Below, in pieces: positions 1-11,932 of a stretch of DNA of 32,514 nt; the first letter of the stretch is position 1, and each line of letters starts with the position of its first letter. The DNA lies in the NCBI GenBank assembly GCA_003990765.1, contig RBNJ01000344.1, forward strand, positions 1-32,514. The letters are read 5' to 3'. Both the position numbers and the translations under genes were made by a program. The stretch is from Jimgerdemannia flammicorona. Taxonomy: Eukaryota. Under the pieces are notes generated by a model. That model was not told the origin of the DNA. It made no database searches and saw only the letters and a list, made by a program, of their open reading frames with translations.

Positions 1-140
1 ATGTTCTAGTAGTGTCTTGATACTAAGAAAAGATTTCTAGATATTTGAAAAATACTGAAATATAGTGAAAAGACAAAAAAAGACTAGTAAAAAGATATGA
101 CAAAGTACTAAGACTAAAATATAACTAGAAAATTATTATA
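1..140 (-). repeat. Terminal part of a third LTR (related to the Gypsy B LTR), truncated by the window edge
   Basis: Aligns by eye with the right part of the B LTRs (atgttctagtagtgtc...agatttcta...tactaagactaaa...attattata vs 26390-26539) and ends in the same eroded TTACA>TTATA terminus. Confidence 0.8.
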
Positions 141-448
141 TCAGAAGTGAGATTATAATTATTCCTAAATTACTTATTATTATTAAATTTCTTACTTAAT
201 GCTTAAGATATATATTAGTTATATATATATATATACTACTATATTAATAATCTCAGTCTAATAAAAATATGATAGTCTGGCTATATTGATCATTATATAT
301 ACTATTTCTATAACTATAGTTAAATCACTCAGCTATACCATTCTACTGAGATATATATAGAGCTATTGTTTAATAATATATACTGTATTTCCTCAAGTAC
401 TACTTAAATATATTATTGATATATTTGCATCTATTATCTGAGTATATA
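141..448 (-). pseudogene. Ty1/Copia integrase relic, catalytic core (3' part)
   Basis: Minus strand reads IYSDNRCKY...TIALYISQ*NGIAE*FN...EIVYIM...ARL...Y*TEIIN. This is the Copia consensus RSDNGGEY...TAPYTPQQNGVAERFN...EMARTM...AGL...WAEAVN after C>T/G>A erosion. Confidence 0.8.
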
Positions 449-853
449 TGTAATGGTTCTAGTTTTTAAATGAGGAAGTAACTAGTTCTGGTCATTCTAA
501 GTAGCTTGAAGAGATACTTAAGGATTCAAGTTTTCTCAAAGGATTTCTGGGAGAAAATATTCTGAGACTTTATTCATGAGAACAAAGGGGATATTTATAC
601 AAGATCTGAAGGAAGGATCTGGAAGGATCTGAGAAATCAAAAGAAAATACCAAGAGGAAAGTTCTCAGCAAAGATGACAAATGATGACAAATAAAGTTCT
701 ACAAGTTTCCAGGATATTCCGTGACTAGCTAAATAAGTACTAGTTAATGCTCAGCACTAAGAAGGGGATTTCTAAATATACAGAAAGTGCTGGAAGATTA
801 TAGAATATTCAAGAAAGACAGAGAAAAGAAATAAACTATGCTAAAGTGTTATA
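449..853 (-). repeat. 3' LTR of Gypsy A
   Basis: TGTAATGG...TGTTATA, colinear without indels with 11933-12337. AATAAA on - strand at 569-574. Confidence 0.97.
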
Positions 854-869
854 TCTCCCCCTCCTTAAG
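854..869 (-). promoter_or_regulatory. Polypurine tract of Gypsy A
   Basis: CTTAAGGAGGGGGAGA on - strand, abutting the 3' LTR. Confidence 0.9.
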
Positions 870-934
870 AATCAATATCCTCATTGAATTCTCAAAGTTA
901 TATATAACAAACAGTAAGACTAAAAGAAACTTCA

Positions 935-2177
935 AATTAAATGTATCAACTCATTGGCAAGGATTGGCTGTCCTTGTATAAGGCAAGGGCAAAAGTATCA
1001 TCTTGATCAGATGAGAACTGGTTCAAACCTCATTGGTTGCAGGATTTATAGGATTTTCCTATATCTCTTATTTCTGATGCTGTATCCCTTAGAGAGCTCT
1101 GATGCATAATATGCCTGATCAGTACAGTAGGTCATCTACTATCTAAGGAGAGAACCTCACAGGCAGTCAATGAGTTCCTTTTTACTCAAACTCTTGGATG
1201 AGGTCTTGGGAGTTCTTGAGATTGGTGGCAGGTTTCCAGGTAACATCATATTCAGGGTAACCCATCCACTTGACTAGATATTCTGTGCGATGGTATTGGA
1301 CTCGCTTGTCTAAGATTTTCTCAACTTTATACTTAATGTGGTCTTCAACTATGACTGGTGCTGATGGTGTCAGAATTCAGCCAGGATATGGAGATGACTG
1401 GTTCCAGGCCTTGAGTTGTGACATATGGAATACTGGGTATATATGCATGGTTGTTGGCAAGTTGAGGTGGTAAGACTAGATAGAAACTTGCTCTGTGATC
1501 TCAAAGGGTCCAAGGTACTTGGGCTGGAATTTGGCTAACTGGCAGTTAACTTGAGATTGAGTCTTGATGTTGTCAGCTTTGAGTAGAACTATATCACCAA
1601 TGTTGTATATGACATCTTGCCACTTCTTATCTACATACTTAGCTTGATATTGCTGAGCCTTTTGCAGGTTTGTAGTAGTGATCTTGAGAAGGGAATCCAT
1701 TTTGTTGATAAGGTTCTGGGCTGTGGAAACTTATATATGACTGGATTGCTGGAATGAGACTAGACTTGCAGGGGTCTCAGGGTTTTGACTGTGAAGTAGC
1801 TAAAATGGGGAAAGGCCAGTTGATAATTAGTTGGTGTTGTTGTAGGTGAACTCGGTATAGGTCAGATAGTGGTCCCAATTATCTTGCTCATAAGACACAT
1901 AGTTTCTGAGCATTTGTTCAAGTGTTCTGTTCATTCACTCTGTCTGTCCATCAGTTTGAGGATAGAAGGCAGTGGACATAGCAATTTAGGTTCCAAGGGT
2001 CTTGAAGAGTACTTGCCAGAAGTGACTTGTAAACTTGGGATCGTGGTCACTGATAATTACTTAAGGAAGTCCATAATGGTAGAAGACAGTCTTGAAGAAG
2101 ATTCTTGCAATTTCTGGGGCAGTGGCATTGGTTGTGGTTGGCTCGGTGATTGTAATCTTAGTGAGATGGTCCATAAA
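935..2177 (-). pseudogene. Gypsy A integrase core/C-terminus plus chromodomain (about 1183-1335) and a C-terminal extension
   Basis: DHLTK...YHYGLP, PKYLGPF (GPY/F motif), [34 protein letters not shown] (chromodomain). Several in-frame stops. Confidence 0.92.
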
Positions 2178-2351
2178 TGGACATCCCTTTTGCTCAAACC
2201 ATTCAGAGCAAGCTAAGCCACATGGACATCTTTTTGCAACAAGCAACACATTTTCAAGTTTTTCCGTCATCTATTCTGATGTACAAGGTGCGGCAGGAGT
2301 CTAGCTACAATATACAACAAGTCTCATCTGTTTATGCAGAGTTTTCATCAG

Positions 2352-4196
2352 ATGGCGACCCAGGGTTCATCAAGCTCTGAGCATTTGGAGAGGAGGAGGC
2401 CTGGTCTGGGTCTCCCCAAGAGTTTCGTGGCGACAGTTGGAGAGAGTGCAGGGGCAAGAGGAGTAGGTGGTCAGGGGAGGCAGGCTGGTGTTGAGAGTTG
2501 GTATATGGTGATGGGGGGCAGGAGGGTGGCTACTAGGCCCATAGGGGTAGGGCAGGGGGGATGTAGTGTTGACAGGAGTAGGAGTCAGGTGATCAGCCAG
2601 GGGATGGGTCAGGTGACTGGTCAGGTGCCTGCGAGGGGCCAGGGGTCTGGAAGTGGTGTGGCTGGGACTGGTTTTCCTGGGGCTGGGCCAGTGGCTGGGG
2701 TGACTGCTAGAGTGTCAGAGAACAAGAAGAAGGCAATGATGGCAGCTGGTTCTGGTGAACTGGTGGTGCGTCCCTTCTTCCACAAGTCAGTGTCGACGTG
2801 GGCCATATCGGCGAATTTTTTGGGGCTGGGAATGTCTGCTAGAGAAGTCTTGCGGCTAGTGGGAGAGGAGATTGCAGGGGCAGAGTCGCTGAAGTTCATC
2901 CCATCAGCTGAGGCAGTCGAGATCAGATTCGTCGAGGAGGAGGAGATGGTGAAGGCCTTAGAGAAGGGGCTGGTCATCAAGAGTATCAAGGTTGGCATGG
3001 CAAGGTGCCTGAGGTGGGACCCGTGGGTGGTGCGACTGGTGATTGAAGGGTTGCTGATATTGGGGAGACAGGAGACCAAAGGAATAGTAGCAGAGGCACT
3101 GGGGGCATTTGGCGAGATGGTTGACTTTGGGTTCATGTTCTGGGAGGGGACCAAGCTGAGGAATGGCAACTGCAAGGTGATGGTGAGACTGGAAGGCAAG
3201 GAGGCCACAGGGCAAGGGAGGGACTGGCCAGAAGTAGTTCGTATCGGAGGGCAGAAGTGCAAAGTGTGGAGAAGGAAGGGTTCAGAACAGGAGGAGGAGG
3301 AATTGCTAGTCGCTCTAGAGGAGAGAGAGACTGCAAAGGAATTGCGGAAGAGGAAATGGGAGGAGTTCACCAAGGACTGGATCTGGATTCTGACGGATGG
3401 GAAGAGGAAGAGGTGGCGAAGGGCAAACTGGGAGCACCTGCAGACAGTTCTCCAGGGCTTGAAAAGGGAGGAAGAGGAAAAAGCAGAGATGGCCAAAAGT
3501 CAGATGGAAGAGGTGGAGATGGCTGAGGTGTCCTTTTCACAACTAGGAGGTGTAGAGAACTCCACTCATACACCAGTGAAGGGGAAGTGGGCTGATAAGG
3601 AGGAGGCGAACACTGGGGGCTTTGAGGAGGTTATCGAGGTGGTACCAGAGACCCAGTTGGAGGATATTCACATGGTGGGAGCAGCAAACATTCATTGGGA
3701 GTACCCAGAGGCAGGCGAAGTGATTCGGCTAGAGAAGGGCACAGAGGAGGACGACCTGGTGGATGTGGCTTCCGATGTGTCGGTGGATAGAGAGATGCTG
3801 CAGGAGCTGAGCAGGACCCCGAGGCCAGCCACCCCTGGTCCCATGGTGATGATGGCAGATGACTGATATCAGGCAGTGCTCGAGGAACTTGCGGAGGAGG
3901 ATATCAAGGAAGTGGATGTGTTTAATAGTTCGCAGGAGGCCTGGGAAGGGTTCCTGAATGTGGCATTGCAGGGGCCAAAGTTGGTGACAGCGATGGTGGC
4001 GGCGCTTCTGGATAATGAAGGATATGAGGTTGATGAGGACCATATGGCTGATATCAGGAAGGTGGCATCAGAGTGAGTAGATGTCTTCTGCAGTGGTGTG
4101 AATGGAGCTCGTATCTGGAGGGCTATCTGTAAGGAATGGAAGGCTATTATTTGTGGTAGGGCTGAAAAGGTAGTGGTGATTCCAGTGGAACTTTAA
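2352..4196 (+). pseudogene. LINE 1 ORF1 (nucleic-acid-binding, putatively RRM-like; acidic C-terminal half)
   Basis: Long frame from ATG 2352 to TAA 4194-4196, broken only by TGA codons (3864, 4074). Homologous to ORF1 of LINE 2 (MARCLRWDP / MARCLKWDP, GKEATG). Confidence 0.85.
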
Positions 4197-4208
4197 ACAC
4201 TTTTATTC

Positions 4209-7200
4209 ATGATGATGTACAGTCTACATATATTATCTCTAAATGTCAATGGTTTGCAGGATGGAGTGAAGTGAAGGCATTTGTTTTGGTGGCTAAAGAT
4301 CAGGAGGTATGATATGATATTTCTGCAGGATGTTTGGGCCTATGGAGAGCAAGACTATGTGGAGTGGAGCAAGGAATGGTATGGTAGTACAGGGTGGAAT
4401 GAGCAGGTGGGCATCTTGGTTGGCTTGGGGAGAGGAGAGCTGAAGGAGGTTAAGATATATAGTGATCGATTGATCTAGGGGAGATTGAAAGGAGGAGCTG
4501 GCAATGGGCTGGTAGTTGGCTCTGCATATCTGCCAGCAGTGGGCAGAGAGTGAAACCAATGGGTGGAAGGTTGGCTGGATTAGGAAGGCAGAGATGAGAT
4601 TGGGCTAGACATTTTGGGAGGGGACTTCAACATGGTGCGTGATAGGACACTAGATAGGTCAGATGGTGGAGTCAGTGTAGCAGTTTCTACAGGGCTCTTG
4701 CGATGGCTTCAAGTTGAGAAGGAAATGGGTTTGGTTGATGGAGTATGACAACGTCAAGGTGAGAAGTCAGGGCCATTTACTAGGTGGCATCCGGTCGGTG
4801 AGGATTTGGTTGGCATGAGAATTGACTGGATTCTGGTGGCAGAATGCTGGGGTAATGTTTTGGATTCAACAGAGGTACGGTGGTGTCCCTGGTCGGATCA
4901 CTGGGGTGTAGAGGTATGTGGGAGATTCCAGGCGGCCAGTGGCAGTGGAGGCAGATGGCAACTTAACGTGGTACTACTCAAGAGATAGGTGGAGCGAGAT
5001 CAGTTTGTTAAGATCACAAGACAGGAAGTGGCATGGTGGAAGAACAGTGGCCAGTCAATAGCACAGTGGTGGGGGAAATTTAAACATTTGGCAGGTGCAT
5101 TTTGGCATGATGTAGGAGAGGTAGCAGGAAGGGAGCAGAAAGATAGAGAGAGGAGAGTGGAGCAGGGGCTTCGCTGGCGGCTGCGACTTCTAGAGGGTGA
5201 GAATTCCTCAGGGGAATGACACTCCCTGTTGATCAAGGAGGTGGTGGAGTTGTGGTCAGATTTGAAGGCTGCAGAAGATAGGATGGTGGATGGGTTGCTG
5301 GCAAGATTGCGAGCAAAGCGGTTGGAAGAAGGAGAGCGACCCACCAAATACTTATCGGGAATCTTGAAGACCAGAAGGGTGCAGCACAGCTGGGCTTTGG
5401 TGCTGCGAGAGGATGGAACTGAGGTGACTGATATCACAGATATTCTTGGGGAGATTTCTGGTCGATGGTGTACCCTATGGCAGGATGATGGAGGGTGGGT
5501 GGAAGGAGAGGTAGCACTAGAGGTTAATAACAATTTGGTTGGCAGCTGGCCAGTGGTGGCAGAGCCGGCGATTGGTGGGGTGGTAATGGGTAGGGTGACC
5601 CTTGAAGAGGTGTTGGAGGTTCTGAGGAAAGTGCAGGCTGGTTTGTCACCAGGGGAGGATGGACTGTCTTGGGAGTTTTGGAAGGAGTTTCAAACTGAGT
5701 TTGGGGAATGGCTTGTGGAAATGGCAAACTTTACATTGGGGGAAGGCTGCTGGATTGGCAATGGCTCCTTAGGGCTGGTCTCTCTGCTCTATAAGGAGAA
5801 AGAGGACAGATGTGTGTGGCAGAACTGGAGGCCCATCATGTTACTGAATGTGGATAGGAAGCTGGTCTCTAAGATTCTGGCAGAGAGAATGCAACAATGG
5901 ATTGGCCAATTGGTGGGTGATGAACAGTGAGGGTTTGTGAAGGGGAGACAGATTAGAGACAGTACAGCCTGGGAGCAAAATGTTTTGAAAGGTTGTAGAA
6001 GCCGGCAAGTGGATGGAAGGATGGTGTTCTTGGACCAGGAAAAGGCTTATGACAGAGTGTGGTGGAGCTATTTGGAGGTGGTTCTATGGAAGGCTGGATT
6101 TGGCATAAGGGAGGCTCAAAAGCTGATGGGTCTGGTGTGAGGTTGTCGGGCTGCAGTATTGATGAATGGGTGGAGTGGCCCGGAGTTTCCCTTAGGACGA
6201 GGTGTGCCTCAGGGGGATCCTCTCTCACCCCTGCTTTATATTTTATCTTTGGAACCCCTATTGGCATGGCTGAAGGAGAGGCTTACCGGGTTGAAGATGG
6301 GGGATGTGGTCTGGAAGCTAGGGGCCTTTGCGGATGACATGGTGGTAGGGTTGGGCAGTGTAAAAGATGTGGTGAGCCTGCAGGAAGGGGTAGGGCAGTA
6401 TGAGATGTTAGCAGGGGCGAAGTTGAACTGGGATAAGTATGAGACCATGGAGCTTGGAGCTGGTTTGGGGGAGCATGGACATTTTGGACAATTGGTTGGT
6501 CCTGGGGAGGCAGTTCAATATCTGGATGTCTGGTTCTCGGTATATGGGACAGTGCTGCCGAAAGAGTGGTGGTGTGGATTGATACAGAAGTGGGAGAATG
6601 CCTTGGTGGGCTGGTCTGGGAGAGGCTTCTCCTTGGTTGAGAGGATTGTGGTTTTGAATGTATACTGGCTACCAAAGCTGTGGTACTTGGGATACCACCT
6701 GGACTTTCCGGGATGGGTGGTACAGAAACTGAAGAAGGTGGTTGAGAGTTGGCTATAGTGGGGTAGGAGATCGCAGATTAGTTGGGAGATAATAGTGATA
6801 CTGAAGGCAGATGGAGGTCTGGGACTGGTGGACGTCAGAAGGCGGCTGAAGGTACTTCGGGGCTGGTGGGGTCGTCAAATGGCAGAATTAGGAGGGGAGG
6901 GTTGGAGCAAACTAGCGATGGACAACTGGGAAGTTAGGTTCTGCCCCCAGAGTGAGGTTCAGAAGGATATGTAAGGTTTGCTCCAGGTTGGAAGGGTTGG
7001 CAGGTTGCGCTATAAGGGATTCTGGTGGGGTATTGTAGAAGCTTGGCTAGCAATGGGACTTACGGGCCCAGAACCTGGCGAAGAAGAGGAGGACCCAGAA
7101 CGGCAATGGTGGCAATTTGGTGTGATCCATATTGACAGCCACCCATTGGTAGAATACTCTTTAACTGGGGCGATGGAGTGGATCCAGATGGGTCCACTTG

Positions 7201-7843
7201 AGAGGTGGCCAGTTGGATGGCAGAAGGTTGGGTTTGGAGAAGAATGGGAGTGGGGTCGGGTTTGGAGTTGGGGGACCTTGCTACTCAAGATTGCTCCACC
7301 TAAGTTCTGGGTAGTATGGTGGTGATTTCTGTGGAGGAACATCATGCTGAGTTACAGGACAGGGTGGATGGTGGAAGAAGGTGTGAGGGAATGTGAGTGG
7401 TGTTGCGAGCTGGATGGGGGAGTTGTGCAGACACCGGAGTATGTTCTGGCAGCTTGTCCAGGGGTTGAAGGATTTTGGCAGACATTAGAAGGTTACTGGG
7501 AGAAGAGAGCGAACAGGCAGGGGGCCCCACTTGTTGGGTGATCAAGCTTCGACTTGTTGGAGAAATTGGGGACATCTGGGGAGGCCTGGGTCGGATTATT
7601 GACATCTGGGTACTGATGGCAGTGCACTGGCATTGGGTGTTTGAGAGGGATCCTTGGATGGGAATTGGTGAATTGGTGGAGTGGTGGAAGGGGCTACTCT
7701 TGGAAGTGGTGCAAGGGTGGTGGTATCAGGGCAAGAGGCATCAGTTGGGGGCCATGAAGAAGGTGTTAGACATTGTCCAGAGGAGTCAGGGGCATCTCGT
7801 ACTTGGTGAGAAGGGGGTGAGGTGGAAAGAAGGTGTGGGCTGA
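4209..7843 (+). pseudogene. LINE 1 ORF2: APE endonuclease, reverse transcriptase and C-terminal Cys motif
   Basis: SLNVNG, FLQD, GGDFN, RIDWILV, WSDH (APE). PGEDG, NWRPIMLLNVD, LDQEKAYDRV, GVPQGDPLSP, AFADD (RT). CEWC...C tail. Many TGA/TAG stops and one late frameshift. Confidence 0.95.
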
Positions 7844-7965
7844 TGGGCCCTTCCTTGTATTATTATTACATAGTAGTAGGTTGGGTTCATTGTTGTTCTA
7901 AGGTAATCGCTGAGAGACAGGGAGAGTGTAATTCTTAGACTAGTGGAATAAAGGAGTCCAAGTGA

Positions 7966-8024
<59 letters not shown>

Positions 8025-8035
8025 TGGTCCACAAA

Positions 8036-10445
8036 CACCACAATAGCATCATAGCCTGTTTTGGTTCATGGGAGTTGCACAATGAAGTTCATTGTGACTT
8101 GTTCAAACTTCTTGGTTAGAATTGACAAGAGTTGTAGAAGACTAGCAGGTGCTTGGTTGCTTGACTTGTTTCTTTAGCAAAGATCACAGCTTTGGACATA
8201 CTCCTTGATTTCCTTGAGCATGTTTGGCCAGTAGTAGTCTTGTTGAATATTCTTGATGGTCTTCTCAGTTCCAAGGTAACCAGCTAGTGGAGAGTCATGA
8301 TGTTCATGAAGAATCTTATACTGTAGTTCAGGGTTGGTAGGAATATATACTTTGTCTTGATAATACATGAGGTTGTCCTTGATAGTGTACTTTTTCTTGA
8401 ATTCCTTGGTATTCCTTTGTAGAACCAGAGAGTCTTGTTTGTACACCTTCTTGATCTGATTGAGAAATTCAGATACCATGGTGATTTGTAAGATTGTGGC
8501 AAGATCAGGTCTTCTTGATAGTGCATCTGGTATAACTAGAGTTTTGCCAGGCTTGTAGATGATTTTTGGGCTAAAGGTCTGCAGTAGTTGACTCCACTTG
8601 ACTTGTTAGTGAGAAAGGGTTGGTTGAGTATTGATGTACTGAAGGGATCTGTGATCGGTGATCATGTCAAACTCAACTCCTTCTAGATAGTATTGCTAGG
8701 TCTTAAGGATATACATGATTGCCAGGAGTCCTTTTCATGAGTAGCCAGCTTTTGTTCTGCTGGGGACAATTTTCTTGACTCAAAGGCAATAGGTCAGTAT
8801 CCTTGACCATCATCTTGAGAAATGACTGCACTAATGGCAAAGTTAGATATATCTGTAGTGACTGTGAATTTCAAGTTTGGGTCCATATTTCTCAGGACAG
8901 GTGCATGGGTCAGGTGGTTCTTGAGTTCTTGAAAAGCTTGTTGACAGAAAGCATCCTAGATGTAGGGGACATAGAGGTCAGAGTTGGGTTCCTTTCACAG
9001 GAGGTTTGTCAAAGATTCTGCAATGCTAGAGAAGTTCTTGACAAATTGATGGTAGTATCCAGTCAGACCAAGGAAGGACCTGAGTTCAGTGAGGTTTGCT
9101 GGTACAGGCCACTGTTCAATGGCTTGTATTTTCCTTGGGTCTACTTGAATTCCTTTGGCTGATACAATGTGTCCAAGGTATTTGACTTGATCCTTGAAAA
9201 ATTCACATTTCTTGAGCTTTGCATAGAGCTTGTTCTCGCAAAGGATCTTGAGGACTTGTTCAATATGCTTGAGGTATTCTTCTTCAGTGCTACTGAAGAT
9301 CAGGATGTCATTGATGTATACAAGTACAAAGATATAGAGCTGGTCCTTGAAGACAGTTTGCATGAGATCTTGAAAGGTTGCTAGTACATTGGTGAGACCA
9401 AAGGCCATGACTAGAAATTTGTAGAGTCCAAAGGAGGTCATGAAGGCAGTCTTGGATATGTCTTCTGGCTTGATTCGAATTTGGTGATACCTAGAGGTGA
9501 GATCAATCTTGGTGAAGTACTTTGCATTTTTGAGAGCATCAAAGATTTGATCTATGAGCAGTAGTGGGTAATGATTCTTGACTGTGATCTTGTTGAGTGC
9601 TTGGTAGTCTATGCACATTCGCAGAGTATCATCCTTTTTCTTGACAAATAGGACTGGGGAGCCAAAGGGTGACTTGCTTGGCTGAATGGCTCCTTGCTCA
9701 ATGAGTTCATTGAGTTCCTTCTTGACTGCTTTAATTTCTAGTAGAAATATGCAGTATATTTTCTTCTTAGGTATAGCTGCATCAGGTACCAACTTGATTT
9801 TGTAGTCATGGTCTCTTGAAGGTGGTAGACCAGATAGTTTGTCTGGGAAGACATCCTTGTATTTGTTCAGCAGTAGCTTGACACTTTCACTAATTGATAG
9901 CTTCTTGTCTTCTTTCTTTGGTCAGATCAGTACCACAAAGGCACAGGTAGCTTTCTTGAGGGCCTTCTTGAACTGAATTACTGAAAGGTAGCAATTGGGG
10001 TTTTTGTCTGAGTCTTATCTGGCTTGATAGTAATGTTGGTTCCATCCTGAATCAGGGTGACTTCATTCTTGGTCCAATCAATCTGAGGGTTGTGTTGTAT
10101 AAGCCAGGGTTTGCCTAGGATCAGGTTATGGTCTCCTAGTGGTACTACCTTAAAATCTAAATGTTCCCAGTACTTCTGGATCTTGAGAGGGAGTTTAGCC
10201 ACAATTGAGTTAATTGGTAAGGTGGTGCCATCTGCAGTGACAACTCCACCATTCTTGCCAGCTGGTTTGGTAAGAATCTTGAGCTTGTCGATGAGGTTCT
10301 TGTTGATGAAGTTCCCAATAGCTCCACTGTCTATGAGAACATCTAGTTCTTGTCCCTTGACTAGACCTTTGAAAATGAGTATTGAATTGGCTTGGTTCTT
10401 GGCTATGCTTGCAACTTTGTCAGTACTGCCAAAGCCTTTCTGATC
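8036..10445 (-). pseudogene. Gypsy A protease, RT, RNase H and integrase N-terminus
   Basis: LIDSGA (aspartic protease), SKSPFGSPVLFVKKKD..LRMCIDY, YINDIL (eroded YxDD), LRSFLGLTGYY, HEHHD...YYWP...SCDLC (HHCC). Confidence 0.95.
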
Positions 10446-10790
10446 TCACTTGGTTGAAGACAGCTTGGTGACTTCTTTGATGACTGGTAGGGTGGCTCGC
10501 TCCAGAATGAGCTGTGCAATTTTGTCTCCTTCATTAACAGTATATAGTTGGTTCTTGTGGTTGACTAGCAGGACTTGCATTTCACCTTGGAAGTCAGGGT
10601 CAATGACTCCAGCACTAACATCTAATGAGTGCTTGAAACTGAGACCAGATCTTGGTACAATCCTTGCATAATGTTTTTTGAGAATTTTGACTGAAAGGCC
10701 AGTTGGAATGAGCCTTCTTTCATGTGCAGGAATAGTGACTTGTTGTACTGCTTGAAGGTCCAAACCAATGGCTCCTTCTAACTATGCTTG
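10422..10790 (-). pseudogene. dut: dUTPase domain of Gypsy A, between gag and protease
   Basis: All five motifs: AIGLDL, PRSGL, GVIDPDFQGE, GDKIAQL, *DQKGFGST (motif V Arg is now TGA). Confidence 0.95.
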
Positions 10791-10814
10791 AGAGATCTGG
10801 GCCTTGGAGTTGAC

Positions 10815-11864
10815 TCATATGAAATTGAGTACAACTTCTTGTTCAACTGATTGACCTTGAGTGTCTTTGGACAGGATCAGGATCCTCTTTGGTTCAGCAG
10901 TTTTCTTGGGACATTTGGTTGCAATGTGACCAGGCTGATGGCAAAAGAAGCAGGCTCCAGCCTTCTTGAGGTGCTCCTTTTCCTCAGGTGTAAGCTTGCC
11001 TTTCTTGCTCTTGTCGATAGTGTCTAGGTCCATGGGGGCAGGTCTAACAGTTCTGACTTTGGGTTCCTCCTTTCTGTGGTTGTTATTATTGTTGAAAGGC
11101 GGTCTCTTCTGTTCAAAGTAGTGACCATAGGTGATGACATCAAATCTATCAGCAATCTTCATTACTGTATCTAGGTCCTTGGGTTCTTCTAGTTCGACAC
11201 GAACTCGGATTTGACCTTTTAGGCCTCAGATGTACTTGTCGACCTTCTCGTCTTCAGTGATATGTGGTAATTCTAGCAGAATTGATAGGAATTGTGTATT
11301 ATATGCTTATACAGACTTGAGTTGTTTGACATTTGCCAGACAGTCTTGTGCAGCCTTGGTGCTGTTGACTGGTTTGAATTGGTCTTAAATAGTATCAGAG
11401 AATTCACCCCAGTTCTTGATTTGGCCAGAGAATCTGGTATTCTGGACATGATTTCACCACCAGATTACAGCATTCTCTTGGAGGAGTGTGGTGGCGAATT
11501 AGACTAGTGTTGCTTCTTCCAAATTGGTCAGTTCTCCATATTGCTCCAATTGGAAAAGCCAGGCATCAGTAGACAGTCCTCCTCTTTGACCATCAAAAGT
11601 GTCAGGTTTCTGAGGCTTGATAGTGACTGCTGTCAGATATATTGATGTCAGTAGAGGTATAGAGGTATGGGCAGAGGCCTTGCTTTCCTTTCTTTCTATA
11701 TGTTCTTGAAGTTGAGCAATCTGAGCTAATATGGTCTGCAAAAGACTCTCGATGGCCCCATTTGACTGAGTAGGGTTTTGCTGTTCCTCTTCTTCTTGCT
11801 GATTGTATGAGATATTGTCTGGACTATAGGTACTGTATGAAGGGTTCCACCCATTATCCTCCAT
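10815..11864 (-). pseudogene. Gypsy A gag with CCHC zinc knuckle
   Basis: KPDTFDG...AWLFQLEQY, PAPMDLD, CFFCHQPGHIATKC. Confidence 0.93.
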
Positions 11865-11918
11865 AGTGTTGTAACTAATATCTTGAGAGGTATCTTGATA
11901 AGGCTAGGTGTAACTTAA

Positions 11919-11930
11919 CTGCTGCTATCA
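11919..11930 (-). promoter_or_regulatory. Primer-binding site of Gypsy A (probably initiator tRNA-Met), mutated
   Basis: TGATAGCAGCAG 2 nt inside the 5' LTR; element B has TGGTAGCAGTGG at the same position. Confidence 0.75.
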
Positions 11931-11932
11931 AG

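Larger units (their letters stand above)
2178..8022 (+). mobile_element. Full-length non-LTR retrotransposon (L1/Tx1-like LINE 1), inserted in the Gypsy A integrase
   Basis: About 14-bp TSD AGATGGTCCA(T/C)AAA at 2164-2177 / 8022-8035, AATAAA at 7947-7952, about 55-nt poly(A) at 7968-8022, ORF1 plus ORF2. Confidence 0.96.

Noticed and set aside
2621..3496. 291-aa antisense ORF in LINE 1 (likewise 24870-25556 in LINE 2)
   Set aside because: Ser/Pro-rich shadow of G-rich ORF1, with no independent evidence.
10446..10448. TGA at the same dUTPase position in both A and B, suggesting programmed read-through
   Set aside because: It is the conserved motif V Arg, and CGA>TGA is the commonest lesion throughout the window.
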